Shown here in pieces: positions 47,473 to 60,744 of a DNA stretch of 64,000 nt (position 1 is the first letter of the stretch; the number at the start of each line of letters is the position of its first letter). The notes under the pieces were generated by a model that saw only the letters and a program-made list of their open reading frames with translations, did no database searches and had not been told where the DNA came from. The position numbers were made by a program, and so were the translations under genes. This DNA comes from Cyanophora paradoxa CCMP329 (lineage: Eukaryota > Plantae > Glaucophyta), in NCBI GenBank assembly GCA_004431415.1, contig QPMI01000535.1, positions 186,001 through 250,000 on the forward strand. Direction: 5' to 3'.

Positions 47473-47575
47473 TATGCACGAAACTGAGGGTACGAGCACA
47501 GATTTCTTGAGCGGGGTACGGTGCATCGCAGCGGATTGGGGGCGGCGCAGCGGATTGCGGCGGCGCAGCGGATCG
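47473..47575. promoter_or_regulatory. About 100-bp divergent intergenic region with triple CGCAGCGGAT motif
   Basis: Motif at 47527, 47546 and 47564; the first copy reads GATTGG (reverse CCAAT). Confidence 0.45.
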
Positions 47576-50500
47576 ATGGGCCGGTCGGTCGTCGAGCTGA
47601 TGCGGCATTGGTCGAAAGATCTGGTTCTACGGTTCGGAACTTTGAAGTCCGCGCCTCGGGAGCTGTGGCTCGTGTACGTGGTCAATGCGCTCGACGCATA
47701 CTCCTACTTCGCGCTCAGCTACGTAAGCCGCAAGCGCACGATCGGCCGCCTGGCCTCAATTTCCGTGCTGCCGCTGCTGACCGCCACCTCTTCAGATATA
47801 CGTTATCTACGCCTCAGAAGAGTTCGGTCTTAGTGACTCGCAGGCCGCCTGGAGCTATGGTGCGCCGGGGTCGAACTGGTTGGCGCTCGAATATGGCTGG
47901 ATTGGGACCGGCCGCGGCCGCGGGCGCCTGGCCGCTCGGCGCGTCGCCGCCTCACGCGGCGCGCGCGCAGGCATCTACGGTATCCTCGTGTCTACTTTCG
48001 GTATCTGCATCGGGTGCGCGGCGAGCGGCTACACTTCCGCACCCGCTCCTCTATCTCTACGCCCGCCCTCCCAAGAGAGTGGACGCCCGCTCCCCGCGGG
48101 CGGTAAAGATCGACATTAAGATAGAACATGATAGATCGGCTGGGCTTATGCACCCTGAACCGCGCCCCCGCCGCTTCCCCCTTCGTCGCGTTGGCCGCGC
48201 CGAGCCCGCCCCGCCCCCGCGCAGGTTCCTCGTGGACAACCTTGGCGTCCGCAAGGTGTGACGTACCCCGGCGCGCTGCGGCTGTACCCCCCCGCTCCCG
48301 CCGACGCGCCCTCGCGGCGGCAGTCGATGATCGTGGGGAGCATCTGCCTCTTCCTCTCCCGAACCATCATCGCCCTCACCCGCAGCACCTTCTTCATGCT
48401 CGGTGCCGTGCCGTACCCCCTCCCCCCGCCGGAATTGTCGACCGATCCGAACCCACTCCCAGGCACCCTCTTCACGCTCATGCCCTTCGGGACGTGCGTG
48501 CACCCCCTCCACTCCTCCCTCGCTTCCCCCACGCCCTTTCGAACGCGCCCCCCTTCCAGGGCGCTGGGGAGCCCGGTGATCACGACGGCGATCCGGCGGT
48601 ACACCACCAGCGCGAACCGCGCCTTCGGGTACCCCCCCCCCCCCCCCCCCGGCTCTCTGCGGATCAAATTCGAACTCCCGGATCGAATGCCCCAGGTTCT
48701 CGCTGCTGTACGTGACGATGAACGTGTCGGCGCTGCTGGCGGGCCTCCTCGTCGACGCCTTCCGCTACGCCTTCGGCGTCGCAGACGACGAGGGCGCCGC
48801 CCGCGCCGGCACCATCCCGGTGCGCCCCCGGCCCCGCTCGGGTCCCCCGGTCCCCTGGGTGAGGTTTGGGTGAGAGTTAGATTGGATCGGATCAGATCTT
48901 GATAAGTAGGTTAGATTGGATCTAGGGGTGTCGGCGAGAGTTTCGGTGGCCTGATGAGCGGGCGGGGCGGCAGGCCTTCTCGGGGTACCGCTGGCTCCTC
49001 CTCACCGCCGCCCTCGCCAACGCCGCCATGGCCGTCGTGCGCCCTTTCGCGTACCCCTCCTCGGCCCGGGCCCCGGACACGGCCCCGGCCCCGTGTACCG
49101 GAATCCGCGTGACAGGGCCCCGGACCCAGATCGCGGCCTTTGTGATCCGCGAGATCAACGTCGACGAGGGCGGCCAGGCGAGCGAAGCTGTACCCCCGAT
49201 CACCGAGCCCGTACCCCCGCCACCGGCCTCTGACCTTCTACCCCTCTCGCCGCAGACGGCCGAGTTTACGCCGCACAAGGGTACCCCCTGGGCCATTATG
49301 AAGCAGGTCGCCACCACGGGCCGGTGCGCGCCGCTCCTCTACCCCGCTGCCGCCCCTCCCTGAGACCGTACCCCCCCAGGTTCTGGCGGTTCATCCTGTT
49401 CATCCTGCTGCTGGTGGGGGTCCGCCTCATCTTCCGGCACATGGACATGACCTTCCGTGCGCGCCCCGGGCCCCGACCTCTTCTACATCTGATCTCCCTC
49501 GCCCCGCCCCCGCCCCTCCGCGCCGGCAGCCAAGTACATGATCCGGGAGCTGGGCCCCGGGGCCCCCTACGGCTCCATCACCGCCATCAACCCCTTCGTG
49601 CGCCGCCGCCGCCGCAGAGGCTTCCCAGGCCCCTAGAGCGGCCCGGCGAGGTCGCCCGGGCCGGCCCGGTCGGCCCCGCCCGTCGCGGCCCCTAGGCCCC
49701 GCTTGAGCTTTTTCCGCTCGTGTCGCCGAGAGGCCGCGCTGACCCGCGCGGCGCGGCCCGCGCGCGCGCACGTACCCCCGCAGCTCATCATCTTCCTCGT
49801 GCCCCTCGCCACCGCCTTCATCTACGTCCGCACCACCCCCTTCCAGTGCATCCTGGTGCTCCCCAGCGCACCCCGCCGCCACGCGCCTTCCCACGCCCCG
49901 CCGATGCCCCGCGGGGGTACAGGTCGGCTCCTTCATCTCCGCGGCGTCCCCCTTCTTCCTCGTCATCGGCCCCTACTACCCCGCCGCCGTCGGCGCGCTA
50001 CACCCCCCCTTCCCCGCCTTCTCTGTACCCCCTCAAGCTAACGTACCCCCCGCAGCCTTCGTGGTGGTGCTCTCGCTGGGGGAGGCGATCTGGTCCCCCC
50101 GCCTCTACGAGTACACGACCATGGTACCCCCCCGCTGGAGCGCAGGGCGGGGGGAAGGCAGCGGGAGGCGCTGGAGAGCAGGCGGAGAGGACGCGGGGGA
50201 GGGGGTGGGGGGGGGTGGGGGGGGGGGAATATGCGGGGCGGCTTTCCTCCACCCCGCCGACCGCGCGCGCACAGGTCGCGCCCGAGGGCCGCGAGGGGAC
50301 CTATGCCGCCCTGGCCGGGTACCTCCTCCGTTCCCCGACCTCGTACCCCTCCCAGCGCGCCCCGAGCCGTACCCCTCCCGCGCAGCGCGCCGCTTTTCGC
50401 GGTGAAGCTCGCCGTGGGCGGCATGAGCGGCTGGCTCCTCGACACCTTCTGCCCGAAGGCGCGTGCCGTACCCCCTCCTGCCCCTTCCCCTCCCCGAGCC

Positions 50501-51229
50501 CCTCTCAAACCCCTGCAGGAGGGGCCGCGCAACTCGCGCATGATGTGGTGCGCAACCGTTCCCCCTCGGACCCGCGCACCCGTACACCCCGCAACTCTCG
50601 TCCCCCGCACGGCAGGTTCGTGATTGGCGCGACAACGGCCTCGTCCCCCGTCCTCATGTTCCTGTTCAAGGGCGTCATCCAGAAGTACGTGAAGCGATTT
50701 CCCCTACCCCCTTCTTTTGCCGCTTTCTATGGGGGGTACAGGGATCTGCAGCGTGACTCGCCGCACGAGACGGAGATGGCGGGCATGATGCCCGTACCCA
50801 CCTCGGACGAGGACGAGGAGGGGGGCGCGCTCGCCGCGCGGGCCTCGCGCGACATGTTCCGGTACCCTCCCTTCCCTTTTCTCTTTCTCCCCCGCGGGAT
50901 TCGAACCGGAGCCTCGCTGCAGAATCTCGGAGGGGGACGAAGGGGAGGCGATGTCCGAGCGGCTGGGGCTTGGGCGCGGCTCCTCGGGCCACGGCCACGG
51001 CGGTGCATCGGAGGGTAGCGGCGGGGGCGGGAGCGCGCGGGGCAAGCGGCGCGGGAGCGCTGGCGGGGGCGGCCAGGCTTCGGGTGGGGACGGCTGGGGC
51101 GACTTCGACCTGGAAGAAGGCGAGGAGGAGGAGGAGGCGGCGGAGGGCGGGTCTCGCGGCCTCGCCGTCGATCCCGCCGGCGGCGGCGGCCGCCGGCTCG
51201 CCACGACGCCCCGCGCACCCTCCGCCTAG
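47576..51229 (+). CDS. MFS transporter, POT/PTR-like (proton-dependent oligopeptide transporter-like), many exons
   Basis: PRELWLVYVVNALDAYSYFALSY; MFS motif-A-like GFLVDNLGVRK; RAFGFSLLYVTMNVSALLAG; FWRFILFILLLVGVRLIFRHMDMTF; YGSITAINPF; SLGEAIWSPRLYEYT; APEGREGTYAAL; acidic C-tail. Confidence 0.8.
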
Positions 51230-51612
51230 CACGCCCTTACGCTTCGCTCATCTTCGAGTTCGAGTGCCCTGTCCACATCTTCATTGAGACCAGTAGTTGC
51301 GATTGCTTAGACTGAGACAAGCTCAGTGCACTGAGGGCTGCGCATTCGCGGCGGCGCGCACTGGTACTGCGCGTGCGCTTGTTACACTTGTGCATGCATA
51401 TGCACGACATCGATCGCGACGAGCCGGACGCCGGGCGCGCGATCCTTTTGCTTGTCGAAACCGATGCGCCGGCTCCGGGGGGGGGGGGGTAGGATTGCGA
51501 TCTTGCGAAAGTGCGGCCGGCCGAGTCCGGCTCGTGCAAATCGGGCGCACTGGAACGCGCAGGGGCAGGGCTACCGCGGCGGCTCGAGCCAATCCCGGGC
51601 AGTGAGCAGCGC

Positions 51613-54600
51613 ATGCCTGCCGCGGCCGCCGTTGCTCCCGCTTCTTCCCAGGCAATGAAGACGATTGAGATGCAGCGTGCGCCGCGCCGCGGCCCAGCCT
51701 CACCGGGAGTGCCAATAAAATCTCACGTGCTAGCGACAGCGCAAGATGGCGGAAAGGCGTCCCCCGCGCCGCAGGAGCAGCAGGGCTCCGTGGCGATAGA
51801 TGTGGAACCCGTGCCCGACCCATCCTACCTCAAGCGGCTCTCACAGATCGCAGTCGGCTACTTCCCGCTCGGTGCCCGCCGCTCCGCGCCTCTGGGCTCG
51901 CCCGCCTGATCCGGCCGCGTGCCGCAGGCTACACCACGTTCGGAGGCGCGGGATCCCGCCAGCACGCAGATCCTGCTCGCGCCGCCGCTCTGATGCACGC
52001 GCCGCAGGCCCGCAGGCGCACATCGCCGTCCTGCAGGACTCGTTTGTGACGAAGCGGGACTGGCTCGACTTGGACATGTTCATGGAGCTCTTCGCCCTCG
52101 CGTGCGCCCCCGCGCCCGCGCCGGCCCGGCCCGCCGCAGAGATCTCCTAGAGCCGAGCTGAGCCGTCGGCGATGCGGCGTGGGGTCCGGGACGCCTCCTG
52201 CGCGAACCTCGCCGTGGCGAGAGGCCAGAGCAAGCTAGCTAGCGCTCTCGGCCTGATAATGACATTCTTTCCGATGCGTCGGCCCGACGCCTGCCGCCCG
52301 GTGCAGGCAATTCCTGCCTGGCCCGGCGTCGACGCAGCTGGCGACGGCGATCGGCGCCGTGCGGGGCGGCTACTTCGGGGGCCTCCTCGCCTACCTCATG
52401 TTCCAGGCCCGCCCCCTCCCTCCTTCCCTTTCCTTCCGCCCCGCCCCGCCGCCTCTCTCCTGACGCGCCGGGGGCGCAGATGCCCGGGTACATCGTCATG
52501 ACCATCGCCGGCCTCATCTCCGGGTGCGCCCCGGCCCGCCGCTCGCCCGCCACCCGCCCGCCCGCCCGCCGCTGGCCCGCTCTTGAACGGAGCGCGACGC
52601 CCCGCGGCCCCCTCCCCCCCGCGGCCGCCTCCTCCCTCCTCCGCTGACCTTTCTGCGGGCAGGACGTACCTGACGACCGAGGCCCTCGACGCGACCTGGG
52701 TGCGCCCTCCAGGGTCTAGGGTCCGAGGGTCTAGGGCCAGGCCCAGCACGAGGCCGGGCCGCGGGGCTAGGCCCGCCCCCGCCGCGGAGTGCGCCGGAAT
52801 CGTGTGCCCTTTGCCGACACTAGCCTGGCCGTCCCCAGCCAGCCCGCCCACCCCCGGGCCCAGGCCGCCAGGCCGGCCGCGCAAACGCCGCTAGATTAGG
52901 GCGCTCTTAGTAGACGTGCGCCGGCCCGGCCGCGCCGGCCCGGCCGCGCCCCCCACTCTCGCTGGCCGCGCCCGGGGGCTGGCCCCCGCCCCCGCCCTGA
53001 CCGCCCGGGCCGCAGGTCCGCTACGTCATCATGGGCCTCACCGCCGCCGCCGTCGCCCAGGCGCGCCGCCCCGCCCCGCCCCGCCCACTCTTCCGGTTCG
53101 AACGCCGCCGCAGGTGGCCATCGCCTGCTACAACCTCGGCGTGAAGCAGTGCGGCACCAAGCTCCGCAAGCTCATCTGCATCATCGGTCCGCCGCGCCCC
53201 GCCGCGCGCCACGTCCTCCTCTCGTGAAAGGGCCTGCGCCGCAGCCGCCGCGTTCGCGATCTACGGGAACAGCGTGCCCTGGTCCTACCCCATCATCCTC
53301 GTCGTCGCCGGCCTGGTCACCATCGCCAACGAGCGCTACCGCCGCAGGTCGCCCCGCCCCGCCCGCCCCGCCCCCCTTCTCCCCTCCCGCCCTAAGCTGG
53401 AGGCTTGAGCTCCTGTTTCCGAGCCGAGCCTCAAGCACGCTTCTCTGCCCCTTCCTTCGGGGCCGCCGCCTCCTTGTTTCAAGCCTCTTCTCTGCAGGAA
53501 GGAGGCGCAGGCGGCCGCGACCGCAGCCGCGGCGGGGGCGGCCCCCCCGGCGCCCCGCCCCGCCTCCAACGCCCAGCGCCACAAGCTCTACTTCAAGGTA
53601 CCCCCTTCCCGCCCCGTCCTGCCCGCCACCCCCCTTCCCGGTCGCCGACGGGGCGGGGGCAGGTGGGGCCGATCGCCGGCGTGCTCATCATGCTCGCCGC
53701 GGTCGCGATCCTCATCCTCGCTATCATCATCCGCAGGGCGCGCCGAGACCCGCCCCCCCCCCCCCCCCCCGCCCCCCCCCCCCGCCCCCCCCCGCCCTCC
53801 CCTCCCCGGCCCTCGCTGACAGCTCTTCCCCCGCCCCGCCCGCCCCCGCCAGGTCGCCGCGGACAACCGCGGGGTGCAGATCTGGGAGGTGCGCCCCCTC
53901 CCCTGCCCGGGCCGCCGCCGCCGTCGTCGCCGCCGGCTGAGGGCGCCGCCTCGGCCTGGGCAGTCGTTCTGGCGGGTGGGGATCATCATCTACGGGGGCG
54001 GCCAGGTCGTCCTCCCCATGCTCCTCACCGAGGTCGTCGTCCCCGGCTGGGTCCTCGAGGAGCAGGCCCGCCCCGCGTACCCCCCCTCGATCGGCCCCGC
54101 GCCCTCGCCTGACGTACCCCTTTCCTCGCTCCCCGCAGTACTTCGCCGGCTTCGCGCTCGTCCAGTGCCTCCCGGGGCCCCTCTTCAACTTCAGGCGCGC
54201 CCGCCCGTACCGCCGGTTCCCGGCCCCCGCTGCTCCTGACAGCGTACCCCGCAGCGCCTACCTCGGCGCCATCGCCATGGGTGTCTCCTACAAGGTCAAC
54301 GTCCTGACCGGCCAGGTACCCCCCAACGTCGCCTCCCTTCGCGCTCCCTCCCCTCTTCTCCGGCGAAATTTCATTGTAACCCCCCGCCAGCTCGTTCCCG
54401 TGTCGACCGACATCGGGTACGGCATCCTCGGCTCCGTCATCGCATGGCTTGGGTGAGCGCGGGGCTGAGAGGGGTACCCCGTTGTGCCGCCGTCGAACGC
54501 CGTACCCGCGCAGCCTGTTCGGCCCCGGGGTGATGCTCATCTTCGGCGTTCTCCCCTTCTGGAAGCGCTTCCGCAACATCCAGATCATCAAGGACTTCCT

Positions 54601-55129
54601 GGTTCGAATCCCCGCGGGGTCCTTTTCCCCAAATTCGATCCGACGCCCGCGATCCCCGCACGTACCCCCCACCCCCCGCAGATCGGCGTGAACAGCTCGT
54701 CGATCGGGCTCGTTCTGGCCGCCGTCTTCCTCCTCTGGACCCGCGGCGCCTACACCGCCCTCCGCAACTCCAACAACGGGTACATGGTCATCTCCTTCCT
54801 CGCGTTCAGGTGCCCCTCTCCACACCTCCTTCACTCTTCTCCGGGCTCTCCCATTCCTGATTTACGCACCCCAGCGCGTCGATGTACTTCAAGCTGCCCC
54901 CGTACGTCGTCATCCCGGTCGGGGGCTTCCTGGGGTACCTCGCCCAGTTCGTCGCGGGGAACGACATGAAGCTCGAGACGAAGGTCGGCCCGCCCCGTCG
55001 CGCTCTTCGGAGTCCGCTCGCGGTTTTGAGTGTGACTCCGCCCCGGCGCCCGCCACTGAACAGGTGATCGCGTACATCGCCAACCAGTGCGTCACGGAGG
55101 CGTGCAAGGCGGCGCAGCAGGTTGTGTGA
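51613..55129 (+). CDS. chrA: Long-chain chromate ion transporter (CHR family)
   Basis: Two CHR halves: GYTTFGGPQAHIAVLQDSFVTKRDWLD..FMELFALAQFLPGPASTQLA and FWRVGIIIYGGGQVVLPML..GWV..YFAGFALVQCLPGPLFNFSAYLG; stop at 55127-55129. Confidence 0.9.
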
Positions 55130-56218
55130 GCTCGAGTTGGCGCCGTGTAATTGCTTACGCAGCCAAGCGCCTTTTATGTACGCCCCGGATGCTTAGATAG
55201 GCTATCGATTACGTTATTAGGTAGGTCTTCGCCGTTCTTCGCCGTTCTTCGCAGCTTCGAATTCGCTGCGGTACTTCTCTCGTGCTTTAGTGCTTCTCGG
55301 CCCATCGCATTTCAGCTTTCGCGACGGCGCGCGGCCCGACCCCGCGGCGAGCCGCCGGCGACGCGTCGCCCCACCAGTGGGCCACCAGCGCCAGCCTCCG
55401 CCAGGCGCCGCCGGCGCCAGCGCGCGCGCGCGCAGGCTCGAGCTCGAGCTCCGAGGCTCGCAGCTCGCAGGCAGGTAACTAGTACTATACGTATACGTAT
55501 ACGGTATACCGTGATACCACAGTGGCACTGTGGCACAGTCTACCAGTAGGCCCAGTACTAGTGCAGGCTAGCGCTACCAGGTGGTAGCAGCTGCGGTTAT
55601 AATTAAATGTGATTAATATTATGTGAATCTTCAATATTAATATCCAGGTCCACGCCGGCGCCGTCGCCGACTCCACCGTACGCGTCTCCAGTGACTCTCC
55701 ACGTGCTCGCGCCGCGGCCCGCGGCCGCGGCCCGCGACTCCGGGATCCCCGGCCCGGGGCCGCGAGTCGCGCGCCGGTTCGAATTCATGCGCATGCATCT
55801 GGCCATGGCCATGCATACTGACGACGGGTACCGGTGATCGATCCGCAATCTGCGTACGCGTATACGTACTTACACCGTGCCGGTCCGTGCGGCTTACGCG
55901 TACTATAGCTCAGCCGCAGCTCAGCCGCTACGCATGCGGGCGCTGAGGTTGAGGGTTTTAGCTAGATCCGTGCCACGGTGATCTTCGCCCGCGGTCGCAA
56001 GGGTGATCTTTGCCCCCCCGGCGGTCCTGCAGCGGCGTTGTGCTCTTCGAAGCTCTAGATCTGTCGGTAGCCGCGGCAGATCGCTGATCGGGCGGCCGCA
56101 GCCGCGGCCGTTTCGTGCGTTGTACGCGCGCCGTGTTCTCAGCGCCATGGCCAACGAGGACATGACCACGCGCAACTAAAGCACGCTCGCTTGGTCGGCC
56201 TTGCCACTAGTACTTCCA

Positions 56219-59200
56219 ATGAGCTCTGCGGAATCTGAGGGCGATGCGGCTCCCGCCCGGGAGGGAATCGCTCCTGGCGCTCTCAGCTCCCTTTCCGAAG
56301 CTGTGGGCGATCCCTCGCTCCATGCGTCGTCGGAGTTCCTTCTGCTCCGCCGGCAGGTGCCACGGCTGTCCCAGACGTCGCAGACGTCGTTCCAGCCGTT
56401 CGCGCCACTCCCCGAGTCGCTCTGGTCCTTCCAGCGCGAGCCCAGCGGGCGCCTCTGCGTGCACTACCCTTACGTCGTGAAGCTCAGGTCCGCGCCGCCC
56501 GGTGCATCGCGCGCGGGGCGGGCGGCAGCGCTCACGCCTGCGCGCAGGAAGTACAAGCTGAAGGCGGCGGCGGCGGGGAGCCCGTGGATCGGGCGCCAGC
56601 TCATCATCGACATGACTTACTGGGGCGCGTGACCGCCGCCGCGCGCCCGTGCGACCCCGCCGCCCCTCGCTCACTTCCGCTCCGTTCGCAGACACGGGCG
56701 AGGTCTTCACGGGGCACGCCTGCTCCGGCAAGAAGATGACGCGACATGTGCGCCCCTTCGTGGGCAGAGTCCAGTTCGAGACGGGTGTAGATGCTCTGGG
56801 GGAGACGGAGGCCTTTGCGATGGACCTGTGCCGCTGCTTCCGCCGCCGTGCATTTGAGCTCCGCATACGCGACAAGGCCACCGACGCCCGCCCCGCAGTG
56901 CGCCCTACCCCCTCTCTCGCCCAACTCCGCCCCCCGGAATCCTTTGAATCACCATGCCAGGGACGCATTATGATCCACCTCGTTCGGCGCGGTGGGAGAG
57001 TGAAAGAGGACGTCGATTCAGACTCTGAGCCGCAGCCGCCCGGGGCGCCCCGGAGTACCCCCACGTCTTGCCTTCCACCGCCCTTTCTCCCAGTTAAGCA
57101 CGCCGCCGGCGACGCGGCGCCCGACCCGCCGCCAGCCGTCAAGCGGCCGTGCGCGAGGGCCGACGGGGGACCGAGCGCCAGGCTCGCCCCACGGGTCGCC
57201 CCCAGCCCGCCACCTGCCCTGATCCCTCCAACGCCACCGCCGCCCGTTCCCACGCCTCCGCCACCCGCCTCTCCCCAACCGACGCCGGGCACGCCGGAGT
57301 CGCCGGGGGGGCCGGCGCCGACCTTCCTCCCGACGACCCAGATCAAGCGGGAGGACACCGTCCTGCAGGAGGCCGGCTACCTCGACTCGCTCTTCTCGGC
57401 CTTCCTCCGCTCGCCCCCCGCCGAGAACCGCTCCTCCGTCTCCGAGCTGCTCTCGTCCGCCGAGCAGAAGTTCTGGGAGCTCTTCGTCTCCTCCGAGACC
57501 AGCCGCCTCTCCTTCCGCCGCCGCTCTATCCACGATGAGCCCAAGGCTTTGCCGCCACCGCTGCGGCCCCCTGAGGCCGAGTCGCACCACGGGCGCCACG
57601 CGCGGCCCGTGCCCGACTCGGATGTCGACGCTCTCTTCGTCCAGCTCTCCAACCTCTCGATCGATCCCGACGCCCCCGTCCCCGTCCCCATCAGCCCGCT
57701 CTCTCCCCAGTCCGCCGAGCCGCCGCCGCCAACGCCGTCGCTGCCGCCGCCCGTGCCCTTCTCTCCGTCGCCCTACATCCTGGACCCACGCGAGGAGGAC
57801 GAGTTTATGCGCCGCGTGAATGCCGCCGAGGCGGCCGGCGCAGCCTCCGCCCTCGCCGTCCTGTTGGGCGACCCCCGGTACCCCTCCGCGCGTCCCCTCC
57901 CCCCTCTGGCCCCTCCACTGACTTCGCCGGAAGCGTGCTGGGTACGGCCCTCTTTCGGACGCCCGCTGGCCGAATACGTACCCGGCACCTCCTCGTGGTG
58001 CGCTCCTGTACACTCCACACTTCACCACCCCACCCCCCCTCTAATCAACCAACCGCCGTGGGACGGCAGCTTGTCCGCATCGCCGCCCGCTCCGCCGGCC
58101 CCGGGCGGGCCCGCTCCCTCTTCCCGCCCCCCCTGGTCCGCCCCCCGCCCCCGCCCCCGCCCGCCCCCCGGAGCTCACCGCGCCTCTGTCGTCTCAGTTC
58201 GACTCCATACTCCGGTCCCTCTCATTCAATCTCCTCTCCGGCCCAACCTCGTACCCGTCCCTGTGCGCCCCGCACACCCGGTACCCCCGCCGGGCTGCTG
58301 ATTTGAATTCCCCCCCCTCCCCCCCCCCCCCCCCTTTCCAGGGAGGAAGCGGAGCGCGCGTGCGAGAACGTGTGGAACTACGTCACGGTCGTCACGGCGG
58401 GTGCGGGCCCCGTACCCCCTCCTTCCCCTTCCCTCCCGCAACCCCCTCCCTCCCTAGCCCCCCCTTTCTTCCACACGCCCCCCCCTCCCCCCCCCCCTCT
58501 CCCCGTCCATCACGCCCCCGGGCAGAGTACGTGCTCATCTCACCTGACTTTCTTCTCGCTCCCTTGGACGAGGCGCGCCGTACCCCTCCCCCCCCGCTGT
58601 CCCCGGGAACGTCACGTGTACCCCCGACAGGTGCTGGCGCTGCACGAGCGGGCGATGCTAATCGCGGAGGACGCCATCGAGCGGTGAGGCGTACCCCTCC
58701 CGAGTCCGGCTCAGAAAGCCCGCCGCCCGGAGCCGAACCGGGGCGCGCAGCTTCGGGCGGGATCCGCGCGCGGAGCTCCTGCTGACGACGGCCAAGGTCC
58801 GCGAGGGCCGCTGCCGAAGGCGGCAGCTGGCGACTCTGGGGCCGCCCGCCGCAGATGCGGGCGAGTTTCAGTCTGCGCCAGTTTGGGCATATGCGGGAAG
58901 CCCTCGAACTTGCCTTCGAGGTCCGCCGGCTCCGGGCCGCCCCTTCCACACGCCGCGGCCGGCCCTGGTCGAACCGGCCCTTCGCTCGCAGGCCTGGGAC
59001 GACCTCCTCCGCCTGCGGGTGCGTCCCTTCAGCCCCCTACCGGCGCCTCTGCGCCCCGCCGGGCGCCGAGAACCCTGGCAGGTGTACCCCCACCGCCTCG
59101 AGAGCGAGGCGCTGCGCGATCTTATCTCTCTACACGGTACCCTTCAATCCCGCCCCAGCGGGGCGCGGGGCGGGCCCGACATTGAGGCGGGCGAGCGCAG

Positions 59201-60744
59201 TGCACATCGAGCGGACGGACCTCGCGCGCCATTTTGCGGAGCGCCTGTACTGGTGACCTGCAGCCTGCTCGCTCTGCGCTCGCGAGTTGCCGTCTTGGGG
59301 CACACTCTCAATTTGCGTGCCCCCCAGGTTCGAGGAGACGAACGACGACGTGGAGTTCAAGGTTTCGTGCCTCCAGGCCCTCGGTCCGCATCCGCCCCTT
59401 CGCGGCCCGCCCCGCCCCGCCCTCGGGTCGCCGGGACCGAGCTGGGGCGTCCAGCGCACATTGACTTGCACGAGGGAGACCCGTTGGCCGCCGTCGATGC
59501 CTTGCGCCGCGCCGTCGCCATCTGCCGCGGTCCGCCCCCGCGAGCTTTCCCGCCCCGCGAGCTCACGCGGGCTTCTTTCTGCCGCCTGCAGAGCTCGTGG
59601 AGCGCACGGGGGGCAACGCGGCGTACGCGCTGCGCCTCGGGCGCGCGAGCAAGTCCCTCGGCCTCTGCGAGCTCGTCGCCGGTGCCCTCTTTGCTTAGCT
59701 TGGCGTGGCCTTCTTTCATACCCACCCCATGGGTCACACCCTAGGCCTCACGATAGACCCCAGCTTTCCGCGCGAGAGCTCCCAACGTTTCCTACCCGTC
59801 CTGACCGGCTTGTGCAGGGCTGGTGGGCCGCTGGGGGAGCACGGTCAACACGGCCACCAAAGGTCTTCCTCCTCCTCCTCCACCGCCGCGCCCCTCCCAG
59901 CGACACGCGCTCACTTCTCTCTTACGCAGTGACCGACGCCGTTTGCGAGCTGACGAGCCCCGAGCACGACGACTTCGGCCTCGCAGGCGCGGGGCCTTCC
60001 AGAAACCACTCTCCAGTTTTACTAGTTTTCTAAGGCCCGAACCGCAGCGTGCGCCGTGATCTTCCGGCCCGACGGCTTCAAGCTCCGCCACGCGATCCGC
60101 ATCTTGCGCACCTGCGCCCTCCACCTCGAGGCGCCCCCGCCCCGCCCCGCCCCGCCCGCCCTCTTCGAAGCCTCCTCCGAGCCTGAGCGCCCGTCTCCCG
60201 CGCAGTGGGGCCACCAGCGGTACAAGACGCCGCACAAGATGGCCTCCGCCTTCTACCACATCGGCCTCCTCTGCGGTGCGCCCGCGGCGCAGCGTACCGT
60301 CGTTCCTCTTGTGCCGTGCACGTGGACTTTCTCTCGGGCTCACGCTCTCTTCTGTTCCCAGCGCTGGACGGGCAGCTGACGGAGGCGCTGGAGTTGTTTT
60401 CAACGGCGATGGCCAAGTACACGTGCACGCCCGAGCTCGCCGCCTGCTTCGGCGACTCCCACCCCCGCATCCGCAACCTCCGCCGCGCCGCCGCCTGGGT
60501 CGCCGCCCGCCTCGGGCGGCCCGTGCCGCCGGAGCTCGCCGCCCCCCTCGACGCCAGCGGGCAGCTGTGCGGCCCGGCGGCTCCGGCGCGGCGCGGCTCG
60601 CGGCTCGCCCCGCGCCAGAGCCTGGACCCGGCGTTCTGGACCAGCCGGGGTATAGACGTCGAGCTGCAGGAGGTGTTCAAGGCGACGTACCCCGCGGACA
60701 CCCTCGTGCAGATCGGCGCGTGGCTCGCGAATGGGCCCGGTTGA
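56219..60744 (+). CDS. Unknown protein, copy 1: Cys/His-containing beta-rich N-domain, Pro-rich linker, TPR-like helical C-terminus
   Basis: Exons HYPYVVKLR|KYKLK..GRQLIIDMTYW|DTGEVFTGHAC..MDLCRCFRRRAFELRIRD, then a Pro-rich middle. The C-terminal MASAFYHIGLLC..GQLTEALELFSTAM..FGDSHPRI resembles kinesin-light-chain-type TPRs. Confidence 0.6.
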
